Shown here: one piece after another, positions 12,001-22,740 of the stretch
How the letters are laid out: each line of letters opens with the position of its first letter
Position numbering within the stretch: position 1 is the stretch's first letter
Origin: Phoronis australis
Lineage: Eukaryota; Animalia; Phoronida
DNA: 64,000 nucleotides
Direction of reading: 5' to 3'
NCBI GenBank assembly: GCA_002633005.1
Contig: NMRA01000093.1
Location: 376,567 to 440,566, forward strand
The notes under the pieces: generated by a model
Databases searched by the model: none
Seen by the model: the letters and a program-made list of their open reading frames with translations, nothing else
Told to the model about the DNA's origin: nothing
Position numbers and translations under genes: made by a program

Positions 12001-15000
12001 CTACAAATTTCCTTTACGGCAAGCTTTTCAGGGTCGTTGAATATACGCCTAGTCAACGAATGCCGAGCAATCTATTACTCACCTGTTCGTTAACGGACCC
12101 ACAAATATGTTGGCTATCAGCTGCATGATAGATTTCGAAGCAAACAAGACTCCAACTTCCACGTTTACATCGACAAGCTCATTGTGTCTTGCCATGGCTG
12201 ACAAATTGTTCCTTGGTTTGGTTATATTGGTAGTGACAGTCTTCACAAGTTCGGCACCGGAAGAGTTGCTCTTACAAGCAGCGTCATCTGTTGTGACTTG
12301 GTTAAGTTCACTACTGCTATAGTACTCCAAAGTTCTTTTTAATAATCCTATGTGTACTTCCGTAGAATTAAGCATGCAGGTCGTACTGTTAAGCTGCACG
12401 GTTCTGTTCAAAGTTACAACGATTCGGTTTGATTCGAGTTCCTCGGGGTGTCTTTGGTAGTAAAGAAAATCTGGGATAATAGGCACTGAAATACAAAACA
12501 AAATGAATTGTATGTTCTAGTAGTAAGCCTATGCTACGCATTATATACCAGGACCTTTAGCGAAGAATGCATTCTCGTAGAAATAATATTAACAAAGTTG
12601 GCCAAGCGTGGACACTTTCGCCCAAAATAGTGCAAACCCTTGACTGCAGTCTGATCATTGCGTTTTTAAGTGGATCTTCTGAAACGGTTTTCAACTTTCA
12701 CAAAAAGTTGGTAGTTTTAAGAATATTCAATGCCCAATTCGCTAATTTCACAAATTAATTACTGGAAATGACTTCTGTGTCCCCTTAAGCTGATTGAGGG
12801 TGTGGGTCAAGTGACACGGCCAAAGTAAGAGGAAAATGCAGTTGACTGGACAATTTTAGGGCCTACGCAGGCGTTTTCATTTGGAACTTCTGCCTGCTAA
12901 TTATGTCCTCGGAATATTCATTTGAGTATCTTAGACGGTCTCTCATACTGTATAAACAGAAGTAAGTTATGCATTCTAAGGCCACGACTCACTCGACAGA
13001 TTTGCCAAAGCTGCTTTTGGTCGAAAAAAGATGTTGGCTGATTTGAATGGTAAATTATCGTTTTTTCGGCTGCATTTCAGGGATAAACATCTTGATATTA
13101 TTTAGCTTTTGCCAGTCAGAACAATAAATCAACAAAGCCCGCTAATGCGCATTTTGTGGTTGTATTACAAATTTATCGTTAACCAAATCAGTGAACGTTA
13201 CGCGTATCTTAAGTCTTGTTAGACGTGTAAAGTGAATATTTGCGGCGTAAAGTAATTATTTTAAGCCGCGAATAAATACTTAACGCCGCAAATAATTACT
13301 TTACGCCGTCAAAATATACTTTACCCGCAAATACATGTAAGTACTTTACACTGCAAATAATTGCTTTACGCGTCTAAATAATTACTTTACGCCTCTAACA
13401 AGAATCAACTTACGCACGCAATTTACGTGCATAACATTCACCCATTTAGCCAACGATAATAATAGCTAATTCGCTGTCTGACGCAAATTTGTTGAAATCC
13501 CTGCCGGTGACGTTACCAGCTAAATAAACTTGGCACTGTGTCGCTAATCGAGTGGGATTTAGCTCATATATTAGAGAGGTGGGCACTGCAAATTCGAACT
13601 GGCGTTAGACTGGTTGTAGAATTTCACTTCGTTAAACGATAATGCAACTATAAACAGGAAATAAAACAAAGTTGCGACATTATTTCGTCATCAAAATCAA
13701 CATTTCAATTCCAACAGGATTCACCTTTAATGTGGTGATGAAAATATACCGGCGTCTGCAGTTTTCAGTTTCACAGACAGCGTATTGAACTGTACCTCAT
13801 ACTGTAGTACCTGGATGGTTTCAGCCATCATGACGTCATAAAACAAAACACATCCTTAGCGCTTGACAATGAGACGCCACTGAACAAATATCCGGGTATT
13901 TCGTGGTCGGCGTGACTTGAGTGGAACGGGAAATTAACTAAATTTCCATTGCCCAGAGCAATCCGCCTAGTTCAATTACCAATCAAAAAGAGACTTTCAA
14001 CAGAATCTCGAGTGTCAGGGCACAGAAATTATACGTTTTAAGGACACAGTCGGTTTAAGACTAAAAAACTATGTTGGGGGTATCACCAAGGTGATTGGAC
14101 AAAAATGGACTTGTTGAAAAGATTTGAACACGGAGATCTATAGAGCAACAACATCAATTGTGAAGTTATTTTATTTGGAATCGCCAATTCCCGTCAAGGC
14201 CTTCCAGTCATTGAATAGAATCAAATGAAATCGAGGCCGGGTGATTGTCATTTTATTACGCTTGAAAGCACCATGTACGCCAAATGGTGGATGTCTGTAA
14301 CCAAATGCTTTCACAGGATGTGCCAATTTTTAGGAAGGGTTGCATACTTTTAAGTAAGTAAGTTAAAAAACTTTCCTCACACCTTCCGAAACATTGCTGC
14401 TTTAGGTTCCCTCATGCGGAAAACACCACATGCACACCTGGTTTAGACGTGTCCCCGTTATACAATTAGTCTTAACTTGTCCGTTACTCAAACCGGAAGT
14501 GACATTACATGAAAACATGGGATTCGTTAACTTTTTGAGATCATGTTTGGCACATAACGCCATAAGCAGGAAATGACTAAATTCTCACATCCCCACAAAC
14601 CACTGATTGAATGGCAAAGGAACAATATCGCTTTCATATGTGTTACGGTGATTGCTCGAAATCACCCGTTACTTCTTACATAACACATGTTGACTGCGTA
14701 GTAAGTTAAACGCTGCCAACCGACAAGAGTTTCCGACCATAGTTGTTTACAATGGTGTACACGAAAATAAATATATAATTATGATACAACGAATGAATAA
14801 AACATGAAAATGATATAATTTATGTTGGGGAATGTCAGTAATCATCTAGAGATGAAAAAGAAAAATATATGTGATATGAAATGTATTTATAAATAAACAA
14901 ATTGAATAACACAAGTAATTAAATAAAACATAAATAGGGTAATTAACTAAATAAATGAATTAAATAAGTAAGTGCATTATGAGTCCCACTGCTCTCAATA

Positions 15001-18000
15001 ACATTAAACGTTTAAGGTTGTGTAGGACATTATTGGCGAGTGTGTGCATTTAGTCAAATATATACTAAGCTGCAGATAATAACTCGGTAAAATTATACAT
15101 TTTGTGAAAGTAGCAAGCCTGTGGGATTCATTGTTTTTACTTATACCAATCTACCATTAATTGTGTCATGTGACCATTTCTAAAATTTAGTTAAAAAGAA
15201 AAGAACATTGATAGCGAAACAACAAAATTTAATCATATCTTATTTGATATAAATGTGCATGCACATTGTTATGTTTTTTAAAATATCGTTTCGTTTTCGT
15301 TTCATGCAACTTGAGAGTTTGTTTCTGAAAGTCAATCATATTTTTGATAGCTCCTCATGCGGAAGTGGGTACATAGTAAAACAATTCGTAATACCGTTTT
15401 GGGGAACAATGCATAAAACTCATTGTACCACAATATTAGTCTCGAATGGCCAATACAACCGTGTAATAACCAATATATAGACGCTGAGGTTGGCCAGTAG
15501 AGAAATATATCAAATAAACACAGAAAATCAGGAGCCCCAACTGGGCACAGTTGGCTTTAAACAGTAATTACACACATATCGGGTCCTCAGTAGCTCAGTA
15601 AGAGCTCTAGGCCGGCCATCGTGTAATATCCCATTTAGTTATAATCTCAGTAATGAGATAACATTTTGGTGGGAACCTAGGCCGGTTTCGAACCCGGTCT
15701 GCAAGAGTTTCGGGTCGTCGATTTTGCCTCTACACCACTCAAGAGCTGACTTCATGGAACGTGAAAACAGATTACTTAAATGAGCACGCGCAATAATCGC
15801 ATGTTCAACAAAGGTCATTGTACCGACGTTTATACGCTATATAAAATAAGACGCATAATTTCCATAAAAACGATATTTTAATTCAGTGAAAATTTTCTCT
15901 CATTTTCTGTCACTTGTAAATCACCGATCTCCAATTTGAGTGCGGATATCGTGAGGATCCTTTGGCTTGAGCACTATACTCAGCTACCAGTGGTACCCTA
16001 CTTTAGCAGACGATCTTTTCCCGGTTGAAGCTTAGCGTGATAAAATGTGTAGTAAGCTATAACGGTTGATAAACCTTAATTTATAGATTCACTTTGTTTC
16101 TGTTTTGTTTAAATTTTCAATTGGTTTTGATTAAAAGCATTATTTGACAAAAATAGCTCGGCTTTTCTTAAAAGGTCACGACCTCCGACCCGGGCCTTCG
16201 GCATAGAAAAGCCGAGGCGAGTCGAGAAAGGTAGATCGATTCATTGCAATGTTTCTCGTTCAGTATGTGGTATAAATAGATTATTACATGTTCTAAGTCG
16301 TTATCCCCTTATCTAGAGCCCTCGTAGATTTTGGAGAATTATCGCCCTCGAGGCTAAAGCCCCTCGAGCGATAATTCTCCAAAATCCACGAGGGCTCTAG
16401 AATACGGGGGATAACAACATCGTTATGTAATAATCTTTATGTATCTGAAAGTTTCATATGAATCCGATCCGATGTGTTGCTCTAAAGTTACCCAAATTTG
16501 GACATTTTTCTAGGGTCCTACTCAATCAACCTGACTTTTTTGAAAAAAGAATCGATACCTTTGCGGGTAAATACCTCAGAATCAGAAGGGCGCTTTAGAT
16601 TTATGGGACGTCGTTATTGTTCTTAGTCGTTAGTTTAATATACACCGCCAAAAACGTCGAGTACGGGTCATCTAAGTTGATTTGAGCCACACTGTTCCCA
16701 AATGCCTGGCGCAGCGCCAATTTGTCTTGCGGCAGTTTTGTTCTGAACCGCCCGTAGTCAGTCTACCAAAATCAGCAAGCTTAAGTTTGAACCATGCCCA
16801 AAATATGGCGGCACCCCTTCCTTGAAACTAAGAGGGACTTTTTCAAGCTGAAATGTGCACCGTCTTCATGGTAACCAGGTTTGAGGACACATCCATGTTA
16901 GAAGCTGACAACCTTGCCGAGAGCATGTGGACTAGCTCTTCCTTAAACTTTAAGGGTCTTGTTCAGTTGACTTGGGTGTCGTTACCATGGTAACCATGTG
17001 TTTTCACTGTCAACATCACCAAGCTTGATAACAGTCATGTTAGAAGGCAGGCGACCACTCTCAAATCATTTTAGTGACCCTTAAAAACTCAGGGGAGTTG
17101 CCAAGCTTGAACGTTGTCATGGTGATCAGGTATTTTGGAACTAAGACAGTATAATAAGCTGCAACCGCCTAGCACCATATAAATTTTTAAGAATTTAAAC
17201 ACTGTTTGCTCTATCAAAGATATACCACTACCAGTAGGATCCTGGAAATTCTAAAACGGTTGGCACGACAAGCCATGTGCACAAACATAGACGTAGCATT
17301 CTAACAGCAGAGAAGTTGCGTGCAGCTAATGCAAAGGATTTGCATAATTCATTAACTAAAATCAAGGACTTATGGCTCGCATGTCAAAAGCCTGTAGCAC
17401 TATTTTGAAAATTCAAAAATAGTTGCCGTGGCAACTAATGCAAAATATAACGTGTTAGGCTACTTCCTCAACATCAGAAAGCTACATAAAATGCATACAA
17501 AAGAATGAAAAGAATAATGAAAATACCGTACAAGACAAAAGTTTTCAGACAAAATGGCACAGAATTTCCCGCCATAGACGGCTGAGCGGAAACTGAATTT
17601 AACGTCGTAGTGATCTCTTTTCATGGCCGAGAATGATGGTGATTTTACAGGAAAGTTGATGGGGTTGCTAAGACACTGTGTATTTAGACTTTTGCAGCCT
17701 TGATAGTTTTCAACAGTAATTTTCGCTGTTATCGGAATTAGTCGTCATGTCTATTACGTTTGTATTGCACTGTGTTTCTGTTCGTCTTTATTACATGTGT
17801 GCCATGATTAGCAGAACCTAAATTCATGTCACATTTTTATAAGTCCAGCAAAATGGTTGTCATGACAGGAGACCTGCATGTTAATAAACAGCATTCAAGG
17901 CAAGGTAGGTGGCACGGCTATAGTGTGCTCACATTGTTTCTAAGGTGGTGCTTTTGCGCTGCTTTTTGGTGTAAATTGCATTCTTTCCACGATACGTTTT

Positions 18001-21000
18001 ACTCTATTGTAAGGAGAAGTACGTCACGTGAAAGTATTGCATAGTAAAACTAGTAAAAATATAACGACGAGCGTCGGTACTAAAATGTATTGAAATATAC
18101 CCCTACGTTTCGAGCGATGCGCTCTTTGTCAAGGGTATGATACAGACTGCCGAATAGATGGACATAAATAAAATCGCACTGGTGACAGCATGATGGTATA
18201 TAATGGGTAACATGAACATGTAGTGCTAAATTAACGACATCTGCTCCAACACAATTTCCTGGCGTAGGCTTGCATTAAAATGTTAAGAACAGCAAGCAAT
18301 TTTTTTTAGGAAAAACGCTATTTCGACGTGCACATTCCATTGTAACATTTGCAGCACGACCCGTTTTGTTTTATTATTAAATTCAATATTTCCACGGAAT
18401 GTTTTTGTTATTAATTGTGTTTATCGTGACTGATTCGCAAAAGCACAAGAAAAATAAGTACTCGCCTTATATCCCAAGAAATTATTCGGCCTTAACGTCT
18501 TAAATGTATATGGCCTAATGCATATATTCAGGATGGTTGCATTATTCAGTGTCCCCAGAAAATGCATTGTTTCATCTTTAATTTTGCAGTAGTTGTAAAC
18601 ATTGAGTTTCTTCCTTCCGCACTGCTACAGATGTTAATATTTTACCTTAAATCTTCAGAAAATGCAATATACTCTTTTAATTTTCAACCAATTCCTGCTT
18701 GTAGTGTTGCTTTAGGTCAAGCATTTCAGCCTCGTTACGACATATGGCATGGTAGCATATGCTTACTTGAAGTACACAAGATTTATGAGGATAAACTTGT
18801 GAATGCAGCGAAATCATAAAACACAAGTTCACTGGCAAATTCCGATGCGCCTTGTATTGAATCGTGTGAATCGGAAGTGACTGTCAGAGAGTGTCTTATA
18901 GGTAGTCTTAGAGAGCATTAGTAACTACTTCCTCCACAACCTTGAATAGCTATGTGGGCACCGCTCTATATTTATTACTGCAAAGTTGAATTTTAACATG
19001 GGTTTGCACATTTGTAACACAATTGTTGCGTAATTAAACTTACAAGTTCAGATAATGACCAATCTAAACAAATACCCTGCAATCACATCAATCACGAGTG
19101 GCTTCTCAGGAAGCGGACATACCATAGGTTGGTCTCTGTATGTAACCTTACTTTCCATTAGCTAGTGTAAACCACATTAATCAAACATTAACCAATGAGA
19201 GTTGTGCTTCCTTCATGACCTAAAATGGCCTACTTACATGTAGCTACCTCATTATCACAAGGCAGGCTTAAGAGTAATTCCAACTTAAAGCGTTAACAAC
19301 TTTGTTAATTTGAAATGCTCAGCTTTGCAATCTCTCGGTGATCAGTGATCAGTGATAGTATTCTAGTTTGATTTGCGTCGTTTGCTCGCAGGGTGACTTT
19401 ATCACGAACATTTTATTTAGAAGACTTGTCAAATTCTTGCCAACTGACTACCGGTGATCACACAGTGACTTGGATTGCAGAACACTGTCACGGGTTGACA
19501 TTTGCCAGCCGCCAGATTCAACTAAACATACATTTGTGTTATGCAATTTTAATGCCAAGTGAAGAAAATTGTCTTAATTGGTTTAATTCATTAAATATTT
19601 ATACGTGTTTGCCGCAATTACTTTGTAGTTTCCAATCCATAATCTCTGCCCCCCCGCAAATAGCAGTTACGGAGTAGGTTTAAAAATGGGCACTCGGTAC
19701 TTCCGGTCATGTGATGAGTAATTGGTGCAATCATTGACATGTACTTCTCACATCACCTATAGTGGTCTGGTAACTGAATTGTGTGTACGCACACTGGAGT
19801 CCGTAATGATAGGAATATATAAAATCTACCTCGCCCCCTGTATGAAACTGAAAGATAACGAAAACGCACACAAATCATAACAAACGCGTGAACTAGTATC
19901 TTTATTTCATGGTGATGACTGAGTGCTCTCCTGTCAGGCTCACTCTTGTATTGAATGAATAATAGCAAAGACCTAAAGTAAAGCCCTTGCTCCGACTTTG
20001 TCCTCGACAGATGTTCCGACACCGCTTCTCGAGTAAAAAAGACGTTCAAGAAGCCAAACACGACTGTCGGAGTGTATGAGTAGTGTTCAAAATTTTGTCG
20101 GCTTGTTCACATGGCTGCAACTGTCCATGAGACTTTTCACCCGACACTGTGCTGTGTTCTCGGCAGAAGGGGGCTAATCCGTTGTCTCGAACTGTTCACG
20201 GTGTTTACGTTCAGCACGCTCATTACTATCCGCAGATAGTAATCACTCGATCGTCATCTTACCTGTGTAAACTGTCGAAAACGAGCAACGCAGCGACAAA
20301 ATTTATGTTTTAGTTCAATTTTACGTCAAAATGAAACAAACATGTAAGAAATTCATACGAACAAAGATGGAAAATCATGAAGAATTTGTCGACATCGATA
20401 GCCAGCTGTCAAATCGGTAAACTAAGTCATCCTTCTTATACGTGTTACATGGTAAAGAGTAACGCATAAATTTCATACACTAATAAGCCAGCAGTATTCG
20501 TGAAAAAAACAGAAAATGTAGGATGAAGCATATGCGGTTTTAAGTAGTGATTGCACTAGTTAGGGGCATAACTGTAGCATTTTCTGTCAAGGCCTTTTCA
20601 AAATGTGGTTCTCATCAAAAAGATGGTTTGTCAATGACTTTAGTCATAAAAATCTTTGTATAGATATCAGTTCCAGATACTCATTAAAGTACTTTTCTCT
20701 TTAGATGAACCTATACCGAGCTGTTACATTTGCCGCCCTCACTGTTTGTTAAGAAACTCTAAACCTTGATTATTCAATTACAATATCTTCAAACAACGAT
20801 TTTTCCAGTCGCAAGTAACAAAAACGCCGGACATTATATACACCATTAACAATTTCGATTAAAAGGTTTACGTTCCATTCAAACGTGAAATGTTTCACCA
20901 ATATTTGCTTCACTTTTACCATTTATTACGCAGGGCATGTGTTAAACACGTAATAATACCGTGTATGCATGGACAACAATATGTTCTTTTTGTTTCGAAG

Positions 21001-22137
21001 TTTATACCCTGCAAAAAATGGAAACGATGAAAAGTCACGTGATTCCAACGGTGCGCGACATCTCGCGTTTTACAGAGATGTCAGGAATTTAAAAGATTTC
21101 ACGGCCGCGCCAGGTTAGTCTGCGGAATTTGGTTTCCGGGTATGGTACCCTCGTATGTACTGTTTTCGGCGCGGGGTGGGGCTTTAGGGGGCTAAGTATG
21201 GAACTTGGGGATTTCGTGTTTCAGTTGCTGATCCGCGGGGACTGGGAGTTAGGGGATCGGAGGTGGAATTCAGATACGCTTCCCTGGAATCGTCTCCTCC
21301 TCCAGAATGACGACATCGAAGTGGCCCAAAGAGATTTTAGTTTGATAATCGTGCACAAAAAGTCCAGTGTACAAACCCATTAATGTTTTAAGCAATTAAC
21401 TGTGAGTCACAGTAGGTCTAGTCGAGGCAGTCAAACACAGGTGCACAAATACATCCGGGAACTCGGTGACTGTCGGTCCATATATTGCTGCAGGACATCG
21501 AGCCCGACAGAATTTTCACCTGGAGTCACCGGCCGTATTGTTTACAGCGTCCGTTCACTGAGTTAGAGGTACGATTGCGATTTCATTTTTTCAAAAGACC
21601 GAATTCTGCCGATTGTGCGGATTAAGAGAGCAGGCAGACCATTTACGACTAATCCGGTCTATGTTTTTTCCTCCATCCCATTGTCGGGTGTGCAAACGTC
21701 ACAGCATCTTAAAGAGCTTAGACATAAATTTTCTGTATACGCAAATTTCCACGCCGTTTCGGAAATCAGCGTTCTCATGTCTTTTAACTAGCAGAGCTCT
21801 TGTAGCTATCGAACTTTTCAAGTAGGCAAAATTATGATGTTTGACACAATCCATGCCCTTGTTAGGAGTCGCTTTTTGGTCACTCGTACAATGTTCAATC
21901 GTTTTATTCGAAATAATGTTTAAAGTACCTACCTACGGTTGTAATGAGCATGTTGTCAAGAAACAACGCAACGAATACAATGAACAGGACCAGCTTCCTC
22001 GATGTCCGGACGGACTCCAAACAACCCCTCCATGTAAAATCCTTGCAGAACGCTTTACACTTCTGGTACTGAGCGTCCGCCTTTTCCTTCGAAGAGTCGC
22101 AAATCGCGCCCATTTTCTCTTTAGCGGTGCCTAACAT
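1..22137 (-). CDS. SLC18A2: Vesicular monoamine transporter (VMAT; SLC18A1/SLC18A2-like, MFS). Spliced CDS, 3'-partial: join(22137-21933,12485-12083,9125-9067,3289-3206,2129-2037,1014-925,31-<1)
   Basis: Exons splice in frame at GT-AG sites. The product reads ...[32 protein letters not shown]...[143 protein letters not shown], i.e. TM1-TM6 of SLC18. GIGSACSS and ALGGLALG are VMAT-type rather than VAChT-type (GSAFADT, ALAFISFG). Confidence 0.96.
925..1014 (-). CDS. SLC18A2: VMAT coding exon 6 (TM6)
   Basis: Acceptor TTTTCAG|TG, donor T|GTAAGT, 90 nt. Encodes [30 protein letters not shown]. Confidence 0.95.
1455..1552 (+). repeat. Dispersed repeat family copy (others at ~35585-35710 and ~37430-37560)
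   Basis: Shared core GTTTAC(A/G)YGGATGACTGT...CAGYATTAAAGC...CTCGA at three loci. Confidence 0.55.
2037..2129 (-). CDS. SLC18A2: VMAT coding exon 5 (TM5)
   Basis: Acceptor CCTTTGCAG|GC, donor G|GTTTGT, 93 nt. Encodes [31 protein letters not shown]. Confidence 0.95.
3206..3289 (-). CDS. SLC18A2: VMAT coding exon 4 (TM4)
   Basis: Acceptor TATTTTCAG|TT, donor G|GTAGGT, 84 nt. Encodes [27 protein letters not shown]. Confidence 0.95.
4430..5410 (+). repeat. Degenerate ~135-bp tandem array with CTCF-like motifs
   Basis: Recurring unit core GYGCCCCCTAGTGGCAATTTT.TTTTT..GTTTGCCTCTGTATC at about 4554, 4698, 4832, 4965, (5098), 5256 and 5358. Confidence 0.7.
6900..7525 (+). repeat. Dispersed non-coding repeat (TE-derived), related to 44650-45830
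   Basis: 6940-7095 is the reverse complement of ~45650-45810, and 7190-7520 is the reverse complement of ~44650-44975. Confidence 0.75.
7539..8435. mobile_element. Foldback/MITE-like element with ~360-bp inverted arms
   Basis: 7539-7897 is the reverse complement of 8077-8435 (e.g. AAAGAGAAAGGTATACAACTGCTATCCAATATGGCCGC / GCGGCCATATTGGATAGCAGTTGTATACCTTTCTCTTT), with a ~180-bp spacer. Confidence 0.9.
8550..8715 (-). repeat. Dispersed repeat with tRNA-like B-box (SINE-like); second copy at ~15675-15830
   Basis: Both copies share AGGCCG..TTCGAACCCG (minus-strand GGTTCGAA B-box), AGCTGAC.TCAT and CGCATGTTCAACAAA..CATTGTAC. Confidence 0.6.
9067..9125 (-). CDS. SLC18A2: VMAT coding exon 3 (TM3)
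   Basis: Acceptor TTTATTTCAG|A, donor A|GTAAGT, 59 nt. Encodes (R)[19 protein letters not shown]. Confidence 0.95.
10949..10988. repeat. 40-bp perfect hairpin with CACAGTG termini
   Basis: CACAGTGCTACGAAAGGTA-GG-TACCTTTCGTAGCACTGTG (19-bp stem). Confidence 0.9.
11025..11325 (+). repeat. Second, shorter copy of the CTCF-like-motif tandem repeat
   Basis: GTGCCCTGTAGTGGCAATTCGATTTTTTCACGTTTGCTACTGTATC (11028), GGTGGCGATTTTGTTTTTGCGTCC (~11135) and GTGTCTCCTAATGGCAATTTG (~11270) match units at 4430-5410. Confidence 0.65.
12083..12485 (-). CDS. SLC18A2: VMAT coding exon 2 (luminal loop 1 + TM2)
   Basis: Acceptor TATTTCAG|TG, donor AG|GTGAGT, 403 nt. Encodes VPIIPDFLY...[25 protein letters not shown]. 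Confidence 0.95.
13172..13460. mobile_element. Small foldback MITE with internal ~21-24-bp subrepeats
   Basis: Ends TTATCGTT...AACGATAA. Internal AAATAATTACTTTACGCCGC units occur in both orientations around the centre. Confidence 0.65.
15675..15830 (-). repeat. SINE-like repeat, copy 2 of 8550-8715
   Basis: Colinear similarity to 8550-8715, including the TTCGAACCCG B-box complement. Confidence 0.55.
16280..16434. mobile_element. Palindromic MITE-like hairpin
   Basis: ATTATTACAT...GTTATCCCC..TCTAGAGCCCTCGTAGATTTTGGAGAATTATCGC is mirrored by GCGATAATTCTCCAAAATCCACGAGGGCTCTAGA..GGGGATAAC...ATGTAATAAT. Confidence 0.85.
16862..17435. promoter_or_regulatory. Cluster of RFX X-box-like motifs, probably TE-borne
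   Basis: GTCTTCATGGTAAC (16862), GTTACCATGGTAAC (16981), GTTGTCATGGTGAT (17113) and GTTGCCGTGGCAAC (17422). Confidence 0.45.
18097..18137 (-). ncRNA. Penelope-type minimal hammerhead ribozyme-like motif (variant core)
   Basis: Minus strand reads ATACCC-TTGACAAA-GAGCG-CAT-CGCTC-GAAAC-GTA-G-GGGTAT, giving stem I, stem II, GAAAC and a palindromic ACGT stem III. Confidence 0.55.
21933..22137 (-). CDS. SLC18A2: VMAT coding exon 1 (N-terminus + TM1)
   Basis: First ATG after an in-frame TGA. Encodes [10 protein letters not shown]...[23 protein letters not shown]. Donor G|GTAGGT at 21933/21932; acceptor TTTCAG|TGG at 22203. An alternative start is possible at the second Met (22113). Confidence 0.9.
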
Positions 22138-22294
22138 CTCGCTATTCTTCCGTCGTAAGTAATCAAATAAACCTTCCAAGAAAACCAGTCGCCTTCAACT
22201 CCACTGAAACATAAAATTTACAAAACTAAACAATCGTCTCAAACATAATTGCATGAAATTTGAAATTAAAATTTACCTACTCTGTGATACTTAC

Positions 22295-22430
22295 AGTAAT
22301 TTCCTCGCATCTGATCAAATTATATGCTCTTCGACTGCAAATGACTTCTCGATTTCTTGACCAGCGTCAGTTCTACGATTGTGATGAGTAGAATATCGAT
22401 TGTGCACAGCGAGAGACACGATTGATTGCT
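22295..22430 (-). other. Probable non-coding 5'UTR exon of VMAT (5' boundary uncertain)
   Basis: Consensus donor ACT|GTAAGT at 22295/22294 and acceptor TTTCAG at 22204 define a 91-nt intron just upstream of the ATG exon. Confidence 0.55.
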
Positions 22431-22647
22431 TTAAAGGCTGTTCATTACCAAAGCTAATGTCGTATATTGGTATTTAAATAAATGTTATATTGTCCAAACA
22501 GACGGCGTTGCACATTTGATTATAAAGCATTAATCGCGCCAACTCAAAACTCATTTTCTCTCTTTTAGATCAATAACGAGAAAGTTAATTGTCGTTCCTG
22601 ATTGTACACGCAATTGTTAGAATGGGAGAAATTTGTCGTGAACCTGG

Positions 22648-22740
22648 CACACGCACACACACACACACACACACACACCCACACGCGCACACACACGCGC
22701 ACACACACATACACACACGCGCACACACATACACGAACAT
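22648..22740. repeat. (CA)n / CACG microsatellite upstream of the VMAT 5' end
   Basis: Direct inspection. Confidence 0.95.

Noticed and set aside
1-22137. VAChT / cholinergic locus nested in ChAT
   Set aside because: Diagnostic residues and the multi-intron structure are VMAT-type, and no ChAT-like exons were seen in the window.
21904-22179. ORF-track start at TTG 22179 and read-through to 21904
   Set aside because: This is a eukaryotic gene. The first ATG is at 22137 and VMAT similarity stops at the GT donor at 21932.
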